Source: Paludibacteraceae bacterium (GTDB taxonomy: Bacteria > Bacteroidota > Bacteroidia > Bacteroidales > Paludibacteraceae). Taken from it: 53,870 nucleotides of DNA. Positions 12,301 to 19,500 of this stretch are shown here, piece by piece (positions within the stretch are counted from its first letter, which is position 1; every line of letters begins with the position of its first letter). Below the pieces are notes generated by a model. That model saw nothing but the letters and a program-made list of their open reading frames with translations, ran no database searches and had not been told where the DNA came from. The stretch is taken from assembly GCA_024401615.1 (NCBI GenBank), contig JAKSKS010000001.1:1-53870 (forward strand). Reading direction: 5' to 3'. Made by a program: the position numbers and the translations under genes.

Positions 12301-15300
12301 CCATCGAAAAGGTTTTGGCTGAGGGTAACTGTACAATAGATGCTGCTGAATTGGGCATCAAGGCTCCAACTATCATCGACCGTTGTCCTAACGGCGCTGC
12401 CGATGCTGAACCTGAGTTCGTGAAGCCAATCATTACTCGTTTCTCTAAACCAGGATGGACTTCTTCTGAAGAAACCGAAATTGCTGAGTTTGGTGTTGGT
12501 TACGATACCTTGTGGTGGTCTTACCCACGCTTCTCAACAGTTTGTGCTCAACCTATCCACATTATGGATAGTATGGCTCCTAAGTTCAACTGCGACGACT
12601 TGAAGCCGCTTTTGGTTGAAACCGAAAAGGGTAAGTGCGATGTAAATATGGCTGACATTATTACAGAACCATATCCATTCGCAACTGAATACTGTATCGA
12701 CTCTGTAATCGTAGGTGTTCCTACCTTGCTTAACGGCGATCCGCTTCCTACTTCTTTGAAGGCTGGCGATTCTATCGTAGTTAAGTGGACATTCTCTGCT
12801 CCTGATTACTCTGTAGTCGACAAGACTTGTGAACAGCCAGTTCGCGTAATTGGTACTGCTGCTCCTCAATTCGATTGTAATTCTTTGACAATGCTTGAGT
12901 TCACAACCGATTCTTGCTCGCTTGAATTGGGTGAACAGAACATTCCTGTTCCTGTTGCTACCGACAGTTGCACAGGTAAGGATGTTCCTGGTGTTGGTAG
13001 CCGTGAAGATGGTGGCGATGTATTTGGCAAGTATCCACTTGGCCAGACCCTCATCACCTGGACATTCACCAGCCCAGACAGCAAGATTACCAAGACTTGC
13101 GAACAGTTGGTTGAAGTGAAGACCAAACGAGAAGTCGATGCTAAGTGTGGTGAAGAGAATTATCCTTCTTTGAGCTTCGATGTTAAGAACGGTAAGTGCG
13201 TAATCCCTGCCGATACGCTTAACCTCACTGCTCACGAGGCATACAACCCTTGCAACACCGATATTAAGATTGAAGGTGTGCCTACTCGTAGCGACGATAA
13301 GGAAATGGATGCTCCATACGAACTTGGTGTAACAACCATTACTTGGACATTCACCGATACAACTAACACCTTGGTTAACCCAGTGTCAACTTGTACACAG
13401 ACTGTCACTGTAACCAATGCCAACACTCCTGATGTTGAGTGTCCTACATCGTTCCCTGCAGTTCGTGTATCGCTTGATACTGACGATTGTAACCTCGATT
13501 TCTCTAAGATTCCGGTTTATCTCAACCCAATTCCAACCAACCCTTGCTCAGACGAAATCGCGCTTATCGATACAACTCGTAAGAGCGGTAAGGGTGTTAA
13601 GGAACCTTACGAAGTGGGTGTAGATACTATCGTTTGGAAACTCTGGTTCGCAAGTAACGAACTCCCTGTATTCTGTGAACAGCGAGTTGAGGTGGTCGAT
13701 ACCATTGCTCCTGCATTCGACTGCTCAGTTTTGGCTGATACCATCGTTGTAGAAATCAAGACCGCTGGTAATACAGTAACCTTCGAGGAAGTTAAGGACA
13801 AGGGCTTCTACATTCCTGAAGTTACCGACAAGTGTTCTGAAGTGTTTACTGAAGTTACACGTGGCGATGACAAGGAACTTGAGGAAGACTACAAACTCGG
13901 TAATACTTTAATTACCTTCCGTTTCTCTGATGTATATGGCAACGATACCGTCTGCTCACAGATCATTAAGGTTGTAGACATGATTCCTCCGAAGGTTATC
14001 TGTCCTCCTCTTGAAATGAACATTGCTTGTTATGCCGACACAACTCCTGCTTACGGCTCGTTCGACGAGTTTGTTGCCGCTGGTGGTAAAGTTGATCCGG
14101 TTGAAAAGGCTAACTTGTTCACCTTCCGTCATGAAGATAAGTTCGAAGGTGACTCTTGTAAGGCTGTTATCACTCGTAATTACTATCTCACTTCTATCAA
14201 CGAGGTTGATGTTCATTGCGAATCTGCACAGCACTTCTACGTAAAGGACTCTATCGCTCCATACTATGTAGGTATTCCTGCTAATGGTTCTTCTAAGGTT
14301 ACCACTTGCGACAAGCTCGATATTGAGCCTCCTGTTGTAACTGCCGAAGATAACTGCGATCCAGAACCTTCATTGAAGATGTTTACTCGCTCTACCCAGG
14401 GCGACGATCCTTCTAAGTGTGACTACTACACTTACGATGTTACTTACACTTGGGTTGCTGCTGACCGATGCGGTAACGTTGCAGACTCTGTTCGTTACAT
14501 TGTTCACGTTAAGGACACTGTTTCACCTGATGTTAACCTTCCTGAAGATTGGGATGCTCCTGAACATCCAATTTATTTGAAGAAGTGTCGCTTCGGTGTT
14601 CCTGACCTTACCGCTTTGATTGATACCAACTGGATTAGTCAGAATTGCGGTTCGAACGAATACTTGACCTTCACTCAGTCTCCTGCCGCTGGTACTGAAA
14701 TTACTCAAACTACCGTCGTTAAACTTTATGTGACCGACGTCTGCGGTAACAGTACCGAACTCCAGAAGGTTGTTGAAGTTCAACCTCGTGAAGAAATTGT
14801 TAAGATTACTCCAAGCATCGATCCTATCGTCTGCGGTGGTGATGGAACGCTCGATACTTTGCGTGAGGCTGTCAACTGTTTGGCTGATACCCGTATCCGT
14901 AAGGCTTCTGGTTTCACTTGGAACCAAGACTGGGATGGTACTTGGGTTAAGGCTAAGACCGTAATCTTGTGGGATTACTACCGTTCTGTATTGGATGAAG
15001 ACCACTTGGTTTACAGTAACAACCCTCAAACTTATGGCGACCGTTTCGAATCTACCAATACTTATTACGGTCAGTCTGCCGAAGACAAGGCTAAGGCCGA
15101 TGCTGCATTCGCAAGATATTTGATGTTGCTCCGCCAGCACCAGTCAGACACTTACTTCTTCGTGGCTCAGGATACCGTTTCTGGTTGTACCGATACTGCA
15201 AGCGTTAACATTCACGTTCACGAAGCACCTCGCTTGCAATTGGAAAGCGGCGACTGGACCCTTTGTGAAGGCGACTCGCTTGCTTTGAGAGGCAGCTTTG

Positions 15301-16250
15301 GTAGCAACTTCCCAGTTTGTGTTAACGACATGGGCGGTGCTATTCTTGAAGAAGGCTGGATGATCAACGACGCGATTTACTATCCTCACGATTCTGTAAA
15401 TTACGATGGTGGTATTAAGCACACTGCTATTTACTATGCAACTAACCATTGTGGTACTACAACAACCTTCACTTCGCTCTTTACTACTTGCAGCGGCGAC
15501 TTGCTCACACGCGAAGATAGTTTGGCGGCTGCTGGTTCTGATGCAAACTTCAAGCTTATGCAGCAAGATAAGTTGATTACCCGCGACAGTGTTGCAATTG
15601 ATGTTTATACTCATTACGATCCTGCTCAGGTATTGTTGACTACTTATCCACAGGTTAAACCACGTGTATGGACTGGTGAAGATGCCGATTTGATTCTTAC
15701 ATTACCATACAAGCCAAGTTATTTGTCTTGGCGCCGTGTTGAAGGTGATTTCGATGCTCGCTCTGGTGCTGAGTTCGACAATTTGGGTGCTATCATCTAT
15801 GGTGGCAGTGGCGAAAATGACGATATCGACCTCTATCAGGAATACTGGAATAAGCGCGATACTACTATCGCAGACTCAATTCATTCCGAGAAGAGCGGTC
15901 TTAAGACCTTCCGTTACACTATTGCTCCGACCGATACTTCTTACTACTACGCTGTAGTTAGTAACGGTGTTTGTCCTGCAGTTGCTTCTAACATGGTTAA
16001 TGTCGACGTTCTCAAGGATATTCCTACTGCTATCACTCCTTACACTAAGGATGGTAGGAACGATAACTTTAGGCCTGGTCACCACGTTGTCATCTTCAAC
16101 CGTTACGGTCAGATGATTTACGAAAGCAACGATGGTTGGGATGGTACTTACCGCGGTCTTTTGGCTGACCCTGGTGTTTACTTCTACAGCCTCGAGTTGA
16201 AGAACGGTACGGTTTATAAAGGCTCTATCGAAGTGGTGAAGATTGAGTAG
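390..16250 (+). CDS. Giant (5286 aa) secreted HYR-repeat surface protein with T9SS type-B C-terminal sorting domain (SprB-class adhesin-like)
   Basis: Uninterrupted 15.86-kb ORF starting at an ATG, with N-terminal signal peptide MKTKTILQSFGKVGCALALSLLSFTNAGA. By manual count it has about 40 modules of 85-95 aa. Each carries the hyalin-repeat signature D.t.P.i.C ... C.a ... P.atDnC ... G.t.itW.ftD.aGN...C.Q.v.V.D with ~4 Cys per module. The C-terminus matches the gliding-motility-associated (type-B) CTD. Confidence 0.93.
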   Translation: MKTKTILQSFGKVGCALALSLLSFTNAGAEIVVTTSDATTGACVGSVVQVNAAGTNDDLLQYQYREDGGDWKNLGSPTRSTVNILEKMPNSMVYFRVLDLENSANSSNPDGQSVAVRTEGCPEECVTSSSGDYIHGTDFNLKNGSGTQKPEIPGGIVHAFDKGESRLTFTKKDVNSYHVSNDMTQVFPDGEKPKNYTSDNYYYMYDPYTEKGKPFQYTFPYKLWHDKPYTFRMEFYLLFDGCGIDPSAAVKLETGQGNFGYQQADVKVFIDENDEIVSNTTTDGESFGHAKLFSDASLVGNAKNNRDYLKNKLLRVEATFYGVFPHTGNSKLGTWNGDADFGMYPLFEQFGSCVKMAIDFISAELPSVCIANNSKCKGESIVVNAAGFPEDVVSGNKYEWYEKVNGSWVKMEEPRIKPLNGLQSISVPIDYFGKREYKLSATTTNPFIDNKTIEVFFELGGKDCDPTKPDGIDGDNQICYDKKASPAVKTKYDVHSQDTDDNVNYRWTLTNNDTNEEYQIGNGVSSDLKGDVLSNASTNLRMPSIYVAYPKAGHYTLKLEVYKSTGVGGQFDKVTNADYTKTLNITVYDKPTGDFHIVDDSNNPITELCPFSSNKLLVSDVDNPSLYDYVWTGATETVPGIANVDFSGNPCDMKGKTYSVTLSVQLKAMPTCAAVVTKPLATNFARPAIDCESLRGKYDINSKDYVEYIVESAHNFEARVPLRKPALVGNSCNNNPKVTITITGKDVEGNTVNKTIEKQYADMTDLNTYIDLPPSAGKTGDNAYTVTYTVSNGCGGTNDVSEPCSFNVVIRYNYNPNVNCNSLTPKILTGYLSAYGSACLATPGSGSAVIPGHNPLPLISTQVIKLTDTNLGDVLQGVVVSVNADEARPVGNYTVVWRFTNRAGNYADCEQTIQVIDDTKPIADCHTTDDVIEISTDAAACTTSAASLYAQLKESLGGVEPTAVPACNTSSVELISSKYYQLEGTDKWNKWSDDAVFEKGKSYTILWTFKKKIITNVSDDSVVCRQNVKIVDNEKPNISCQGAGTYVVTVNYWKMGTDMSNNEPDIYASATGNSVPKKEYTLKDIFYIPTATDNCDGTLYPSIRIDTLNSAGETISKVITSSDETPVEQLDKINRHRFYKDNVYTVVYLFVDAAGNRDSCVTQISVVDRDKPDVTCWDPDIIPAQADADCKAVVDNFSFDNLVGSLDREFTDGHLAHINIKSTTTNHGVTTTSTKILKNIMPSRITRVRYELIGKDQYSTTPIVECDKNVSKDKLSDGTYIEKYSKCILEKGAGNCTEYVYLSCISDASSTSSSKRKKVHYKELYEGCLSTTFNLGKTIITFAYDNGKGDTARCFGTVLVEDKTKPTIDCGTDYAITKTYQLPDADNCVLPKGLTEIKVPTLDDLSAEDNCTPKENLKLSIEVHGVKVPDVPATFPIGTTVLNFVVTDIAGNSSYCTNTITVEDKTAPDCDYLGLQNIDVPADENCEASPASVFPGGFNPPAVNNDLCSPVTDQVLLTADGKIKGVGTRDDGKEIFEDYYQKSTVITWQFTDAAGNSSFCSQTVTVNDETEPNLVCEPRDIKYTLKATECLAPYASVQLKQPKITDNCSNKFDVSFTRQYVYADGSMGAVVSDNAHLEDPFRPGTTIIVWTVKDEAGNPATCSQNIIVTDENPLNFDCPDDIDDNAPEGSCEKSLTIDPSTPDYVRKHKCYNYDIVPTLTKRTFNGEVVTANLNPVYGVGVTELYWMYRDSSGNEQECVQTITIHDKTKPEVKCKPAQLYTDSTGKGSCVLATGTLIDHLVKKNLIPSATDACQTETPEMTGERYYLGLDAKGTPVLQRDADGKVIPWNESTVPYKPGYYIIRFIFTDKEGNSDYCEQEIFIKDSNEPNIDCDAFAPSKPVNPAKDKCEFEIKLSTLGATGNATESCDDTKPITGVPYIFEGDILSGSIDDLKPFETTTLSSGEKLIVVWKFTSHHQVDKYCTQIISVEDKQAPTCNPDPIVALTADDATDCTAEVLVDLEKLNAKDNCGNDGIKYEYSFNGGDYQLATGSFKIQDVEVGTYTIDWRLTDKFGVSVGEDAVSCTSSVTVKDNTMASCDDYTMPDVPTLDDATDCKASFTLALPTGVTDNCAKPEDVTYAYKFDDEEFVPISKPKVLNNVSVGTHVITWRLFDGTVYNENGCKTTVTVVDKTAPTCTDKDMGEIKSDLTACSTDVEIKLTDIAATDNCGKPIKYKYKFDDDATYTAIAEDESFNFEVGPHTIYWQISDGTNESDEAACKTTFTILGNVPLKITCEDDAPEKTFKTDDCGPVDISAIDVPQATDPCFGKVDGTPNIDLSKPLTLGDHSIVWTFVNHDKTQTTTCTQTIHVVTTQKLIMDCESPAAPFKLTDGNCMINVPLTQRLAENPCNDKEIIKGEAYVFGEKVLPADYKTQMFPAGSWDVIWKFKSVTNTLETFEDQCKETIIVDDENGATLPCKDGEKVEKTIDGCEVDAAELDFKNTSVIADEICWDGHTVTPDIWLTPKEGDDPVKVNDPKDLGTFRPGKYEVTWEYIFHPSGKGELKAYCHQPIEIMTTKEIVIDCDDPEFAAIPKDANDKCEVPADEVTFNAPNATNPCDATVSIAPQAYIGDKKISGNTFTEAFPLGTTTITWKYVDETGTLTNSVATCTQDVVVTDNTNPTVTCQDDITYYLGRDVDGVQSECNATPVAIDLKRPTVEDNCTSSAEDFRFWLKRELNGVEVDSLAPYEPGTTVVTWTVKDKAGNASTCSMNVIVLDTVSPKPVCPADMPNIEAPEGKCEAEIPAISPEAYKFKDKCDTEEIIPVGTRSDDKAISDPYPVGTTTITWVYTDSVNSLLPVGDPNRYEFVCRQVISVADITKPLVDCSNTSTPINEETVVGECEVPADKIIDKITLPTATDACQTEAPVMTSNRWYLGREGDSIPTRKLNDADEDIKWNDDVPFKAGYYEIHFIFTDNYGNADSCSQKVFVKDMNPPYLNDCKEITDKVLNPENGECDAAIVPVELNAYKGKEVCTGEDIEGVPSLLVKVDDEFVVSTDPIPATVTSGDSIYIRWTYTSQMGISAYCDQMIKVVDNQKPVIKCDILTPPITLTADPEECFISAANANIQAPTVEDNCGTITGRPVRIDTLTNLPNGLTMEDPYPTGKSVIRWYFVDTNPENADSCDQTVFVKGSVKPEIDCDTITGVVLRDTIETCDIAEQTLKVNIPVAIDKCAPTEDMKSVNGVGVRSDGKEINDLYPLGITTITWSFTDFTGNAVATCTQDVNIVTKQRLITDCADTTAVYDLEKDECLKDVTLDQRTAKHPCPEAVAEADRQFNGVPYLNGATEPLTSLNIKLPQGKHYVTWVFTDNTHTLAAPIDSCIDSIKVGNDNVPPVPCVNDRIDTTLQDLCELPAAKVDLKNTGVDAPQLCGDDGEMVTPEIWTAKFPTHVNDPADLPPFHTGVDTVFWKYDFNPGHQGIFTVWCKQVVDVKTDKGIDLACPDSADNVITVIAPEHACEVPADTITLNPVVGKNPCIDTVFITGVPDRDTTLAWPIGLTTITYTYTDTTKTLINNIATCKQYVDVKDTANPDIDCEALYTGINQILANCKISADELGLQGIDVTQCGFVMTPVPTRFSGKAFTDDYVAGNDTVYWTYTYQHNGLTTVCPQPVILRDTTPVFDCKDLNTITLTAPEEKCVIEKSLAEVLDALEPYPTAIDPCDAANPIPGVYKVAGVDTLPTQLTAGDTIHVIWSFADADRFADTAFCDQYVIIKGNVTPEIDCEVAAPAIKDTIDDCGPDHELKLPIVKAYDPCFSDSIPGSFVRDDNEEELNAPFQLGHTNVTWTFWNVDSTKSKICEQDVHVYTRREIEKPCDTASMPVVEVPAPEDACTVPADDVKLTPAFAISPCTRDTIWGVPTRFDGEEMNAPYKIGKTIIIWTFNDVTDNLVIQSDTCHQIVRVGSVEVEPVKCDSFPAIEKVLAEGNCTIDAAELGIKAPTIIDRCPNGAADAEPEFVKPIITRFSKPGWTSSEETEIAEFGVGYDTLWWSYPRFSTVCAQPIHIMDSMAPKFNCDDLKPLLVETEKGKCDVNMADIITEPYPFATEYCIDSVIVGVPTLLNGDPLPTSLKAGDSIVVKWTFSAPDYSVVDKTCEQPVRVIGTAAPQFDCNSLTMLEFTTDSCSLELGEQNIPVPVATDSCTGKDVPGVGSREDGGDVFGKYPLGQTLITWTFTSPDSKITKTCEQLVEVKTKREVDAKCGEENYPSLSFDVKNGKCVIPADTLNLTAHEAYNPCNTDIKIEGVPTRSDDKEMDAPYELGVTTITWTFTDTTNTLVNPVSTCTQTVTVTNANTPDVECPTSFPAVRVSLDTDDCNLDFSKIPVYLNPIPTNPCSDEIALIDTTRKSGKGVKEPYEVGVDTIVWKLWFASNELPVFCEQRVEVVDTIAPAFDCSVLADTIVVEIKTAGNTVTFEEVKDKGFYIPEVTDKCSEVFTEVTRGDDKELEEDYKLGNTLITFRFSDVYGNDTVCSQIIKVVDMIPPKVICPPLEMNIACYADTTPAYGSFDEFVAAGGKVDPVEKANLFTFRHEDKFEGDSCKAVITRNYYLTSINEVDVHCESAQHFYVKDSIAPYYVGIPANGSSKVTTCDKLDIEPPVVTAEDNCDPEPSLKMFTRSTQGDDPSKCDYYTYDVTYTWVAADRCGNVADSVRYIVHVKDTVSPDVNLPEDWDAPEHPIYLKKCRFGVPDLTALIDTNWISQNCGSNEYLTFTQSPAAGTEITQTTVVKLYVTDVCGNSTELQKVVEVQPREEIVKITPSIDPIVCGGDGTLDTLREAVNCLADTRIRKASGFTWNQDWDGTWVKAKTVILWDYYRSVLDEDHLVYSNNPQTYGDRFESTNTYYGQSAEDKAKADAAFARYLMLLRQHQSDTYFFVAQDTVSGCTDTASVNIHVHEAPRLQLESGDWTLCEGDSLALRGSFGSNFPVCVNDMGGAILEEGWMINDAIYYPHDSVNYDGGIKHTAIYYATNHCGTTTTFTSLFTTCSGDLLTREDSLAAAGSDANFKLMQQDKLITRDSVAIDVYTHYDPAQVLLTTYPQVKPRVWTGEDADLILTLPYKPSYLSWRRVEGDFDARSGAEFDNLGAIIYGGSGENDDIDLYQEYWNKRDTTIADSIHSEKSGLKTFRYTIAPTDTSYYYAVVSNGVCPAVASNMVNVDVLKDIPTAITPYTKDGRNDNFRPGHHVVIFNRYGQMIYESNDGWDGTYRGLLADPGVYFYSLELKNGTVYKGSIEVVKIE
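16008..16247 (+). other. T9SS type-B C-terminal sorting domain (TIGR04131/CHU_C-like) of giant gene 1
   Basis: LKDIPTAITPYTKDGRNDNFRPGHHVVIFNRYGQMIYESNDGWDGTYRGLLADPGVYFYSLELKNGTVYKGSIEVVKIE. It matches the family pattern iPnafTPngDGiND.F...v.IfNRwGq.vfe...WDG......l..GvYfY........kG.v.l. Confidence 0.85.
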
Positions 16251-16338
16251 TAGTGGGGGAGTGATTCCCCAATTAGGGGAGTTTGCAAATCTCCAACTCA
16301 ATCCTTTCTTTAGTAAATAAAACTACTTTAATATGAAT

Positions 16339-16377
16339 AGGGGCGATTCTCCAATAAGAGAATTGCCCCTGTTTTTT
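16339..16377 (+). terminator. Rho-independent terminator after giant gene 1
   Basis: 13-bp stem AGGGGCGATTCTC / GAGAATTGCCCCT with one G-U pair and a 6-nt loop, followed by G plus T6. Confidence 0.75.
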
Positions 16378-16572
16378 GTTCCAAAATTTTCAACAATTTC
16401 ATTTTGTTGGTGTGTTTTTCGTACTTTGTTTGGAAATTTTTTTAAATTTGCGCAACTACATATGGACTCAAATAAGCCGGAACTAAACTCGGTTTTTTAA
16501 TACGTATGCCTTTTTGGTGTGTTAAGTTATTGACACACAGATGTTATTTTTTTTGATGTAATTTAGTATATT

Positions 16573-19500
16573 ATGTTAGCAATAGGTAATTTTAAGCGTT
16601 ATCTCGCTTTTTCGTTGCTTACTGTCCTTTCTATTTTTAGGGCGTCGGCAACACTTACGCTTACTCCAGACGTGAAAGAGTCATGTCCGAGTGAGGCCAT
16701 TGTCTTGACGTGTGCCTCTACTACCGACATCACTGGTCACTATTTGGTGTATGAGTATTCCTACAGTCCTTCCGGACCTTGGACGTATGCCTCAAGTATG
16801 ACTCGTTTGAAAAAAATTGCAGTCGACTTCCCCGACGATCAGGAGATTTGTTATTACAGAGTGTCTGATGCTCAAACAGGTGAAACCTCTGCTGTGACTT
16901 CCGTAAGTAGAAGTACAAGCAGCGATTGTGCTGTTACTTGTAATCAGACCACTACCGGTGAATACTACCTTGGTACTGACTTCGACCCTCTTACTCCTGG
17001 TGGTCAGGGCTCTATTCCTGATGGTGTGCAAAGCCATTTCGGCGATCATCACATTGCTTTCGATAAGGGTGGCGTTGGTGATTATAAAATTATAAGCGAC
17101 CTTACTTCTGAATTTGGTGGCAATGTGCATATTGATGATTCTTTGGGAGTTGCTGGTAAAAACTACTACTATTTCTTCGAGAATCCGAACACTTCTGTTG
17201 TAACTTTGTCTTTTGATCCTAAGTATGTCTGTGGTCAAAGTTACCGTTATACTATGCGCTTGTACATTAAGTACGATCCTAATTGTACAAGAACCCCTTC
17301 TCAAGATTGGTCTAACTCAAGTTTTATTGCTCGAACTTACTTCGGATTGCAGACTGTCGACTATTTGGAAGCTACAGCAATTGACGATGCTACTGGTGTT
17401 GTTTTAACTCCTGGTGGATTTGTTTTGGCTGCAAATACTGGTGATGCTGCCCGTATTCCTTTTAATCAGTTGCTCGATTTCTCGCAGGTAGACAAATCTC
17501 ATGTCATAAGACTCGACGTTACTTATTATGGTTCGTTCCCTTCTAGTGCTAACGGTTTGAGAGAGTTTAAATTTGCTCCTTTCTTTGAACAGCTTGACAA
17601 GTGTACTAAAGTTGCAATCGACTATATCTCTGCAGAAATCGAATCTGTATGTATGGATAAGGGCGCTTACTGTATGGGCGACTACGCTGTCGTTAATGCG
17701 GCTGGTTTCCCTCGTAACGCTGACTATAGATGGCAGATTCAAGACCCTGTATCTAAAGAGTGGTCTGACCTCGTAATTAATGGTATCAAACAGTTTGGAC
17801 CTCAATTCAATCGTATTTCTATTCCTATCAAGGAAGTGGGTAAGACCCACTATCGTGTTTACGATAACGACAAAGACCATGTTACATGTGTAAAAGAATG
17901 GGTTTGGGATAACAAGATCAACCAAAATGTTGAGGTCGTTAAGTGCGACACTGTTTTGGTGGAATTTGATGTGACTGGTAAGGATTGTGACCCTACTCCT
18001 ATCGACTCTATTGCCGGTGACACTATTATTTGTGTGCCTACCGATTCGAAGGGTATTTCTATGACGGTTATTCCTATCGATGCTAACGAGAATGTGGTTT
18101 ACCACTGGGAACTTGTTGGCCCCGATAAGCAACCTATTTCCGATAAGAGTATCGTTTATCAGGAAACGCAGAATACACGTGGTACTGAAATCTTCCTCCG
18201 TTTGCCTGGAACAGCGCAAGAGGGTGACTATGTACTTACTGTTTACATGACCAAGGAAGAAGAGGGCGTTTTAACAACAGTTGGATCGGCCGTTTCTAAA
18301 ACAGTTCATGTTTATCGTACTCCGGTTGCTCACTTTACTATCGATGGCTTCATCAATAATGGTAAAGATGAGATTTGTCCTTCCGACAATCATCAAGAAA
18401 TTTATGCAACCGACAACTCTACAATCAATCCTGCGCACCAGTATATTTATTCTTGGTCGCATGCAACCAGCATTGTTGCCGATGGCAAGACGGCCATCAT
18501 TTCTTGGAGTGCTGGCGCGCACGACTCGCTTTGTGCTGAATTGATGAACAAGTACACCGTTGGCGAGACTGTTGAAATTGATGGTATTGGCTGTAAGGCT
18601 ACTTGGGATACTACTTTGAGTGTTACCAAGCCTGCTGACCCTGTCATCGATTGTGACGCGTTAGGCAGCAAGGCGCCAATTGAAATAATCTTGAAGGCTA
18701 ACGAGTCTTTTGCAACAGTTACTCTTCCAGTACCTGTTGTAACTGAGTCTTGCGACCGATTCCCAACCGTAACTATCATTGGCGATGGCTACGATGCCGC
18801 TGGTAATGACCTTTCATTTAAGATTGTCGCTAATCTCGACGATATGAAGAATGGCAAGGTTGCAGAGATGATTCGCAAGTTTACTGCAACTGCCGATGCT
18901 AAAGGTACTAACGGAGTTGAGGTGACTTACTCTGTTGTTGATGGCTGCGGTAAATCTTCAAATATCTGCAAAATCAAGTACATCATCCGCGATGTTACTG
19001 GTCCAGACGTTCCTTGTTCTGATATTCCGAACTATACCACTCGTCTTTCTTTCTACAACTTGAACGATGAAGATGGTGTTGATACTTGTTTGGCATATCC
19101 TGGAGAGGGTAGTAGACCAGACTTGTTGCCTGTTCTTACCGAACCTGTCCTTACTGACCAGAATGGTGTAGATGGTAAGATTAAAGGTGAGTTTGTAGGC
19201 CGTTTAGACAACCAGATGACTAAGCCTGCTACTAGTGAGGCTTTGTTTAAGAATAGCAAGATTAAGCTGAACGACCCTGTAACTCCAGGTATAAGCTATA
19301 TCCTTTGGAAGTTTGCCGATGCAGTGGGCAACGCTTCTTACTGTATGCAGACCATAACTGTCATCGACGATAAGAAACCTGTTGTTGAATGTCCTGATCA
19401 GAAGATTCAAGACATATCTGTTCAGTCTGGTACTTCTGAATGTGGATTGTCAACCGACAGCCTTTTGGCAAAACTCAATCCTGCAAGCATTCCTTCTGCT

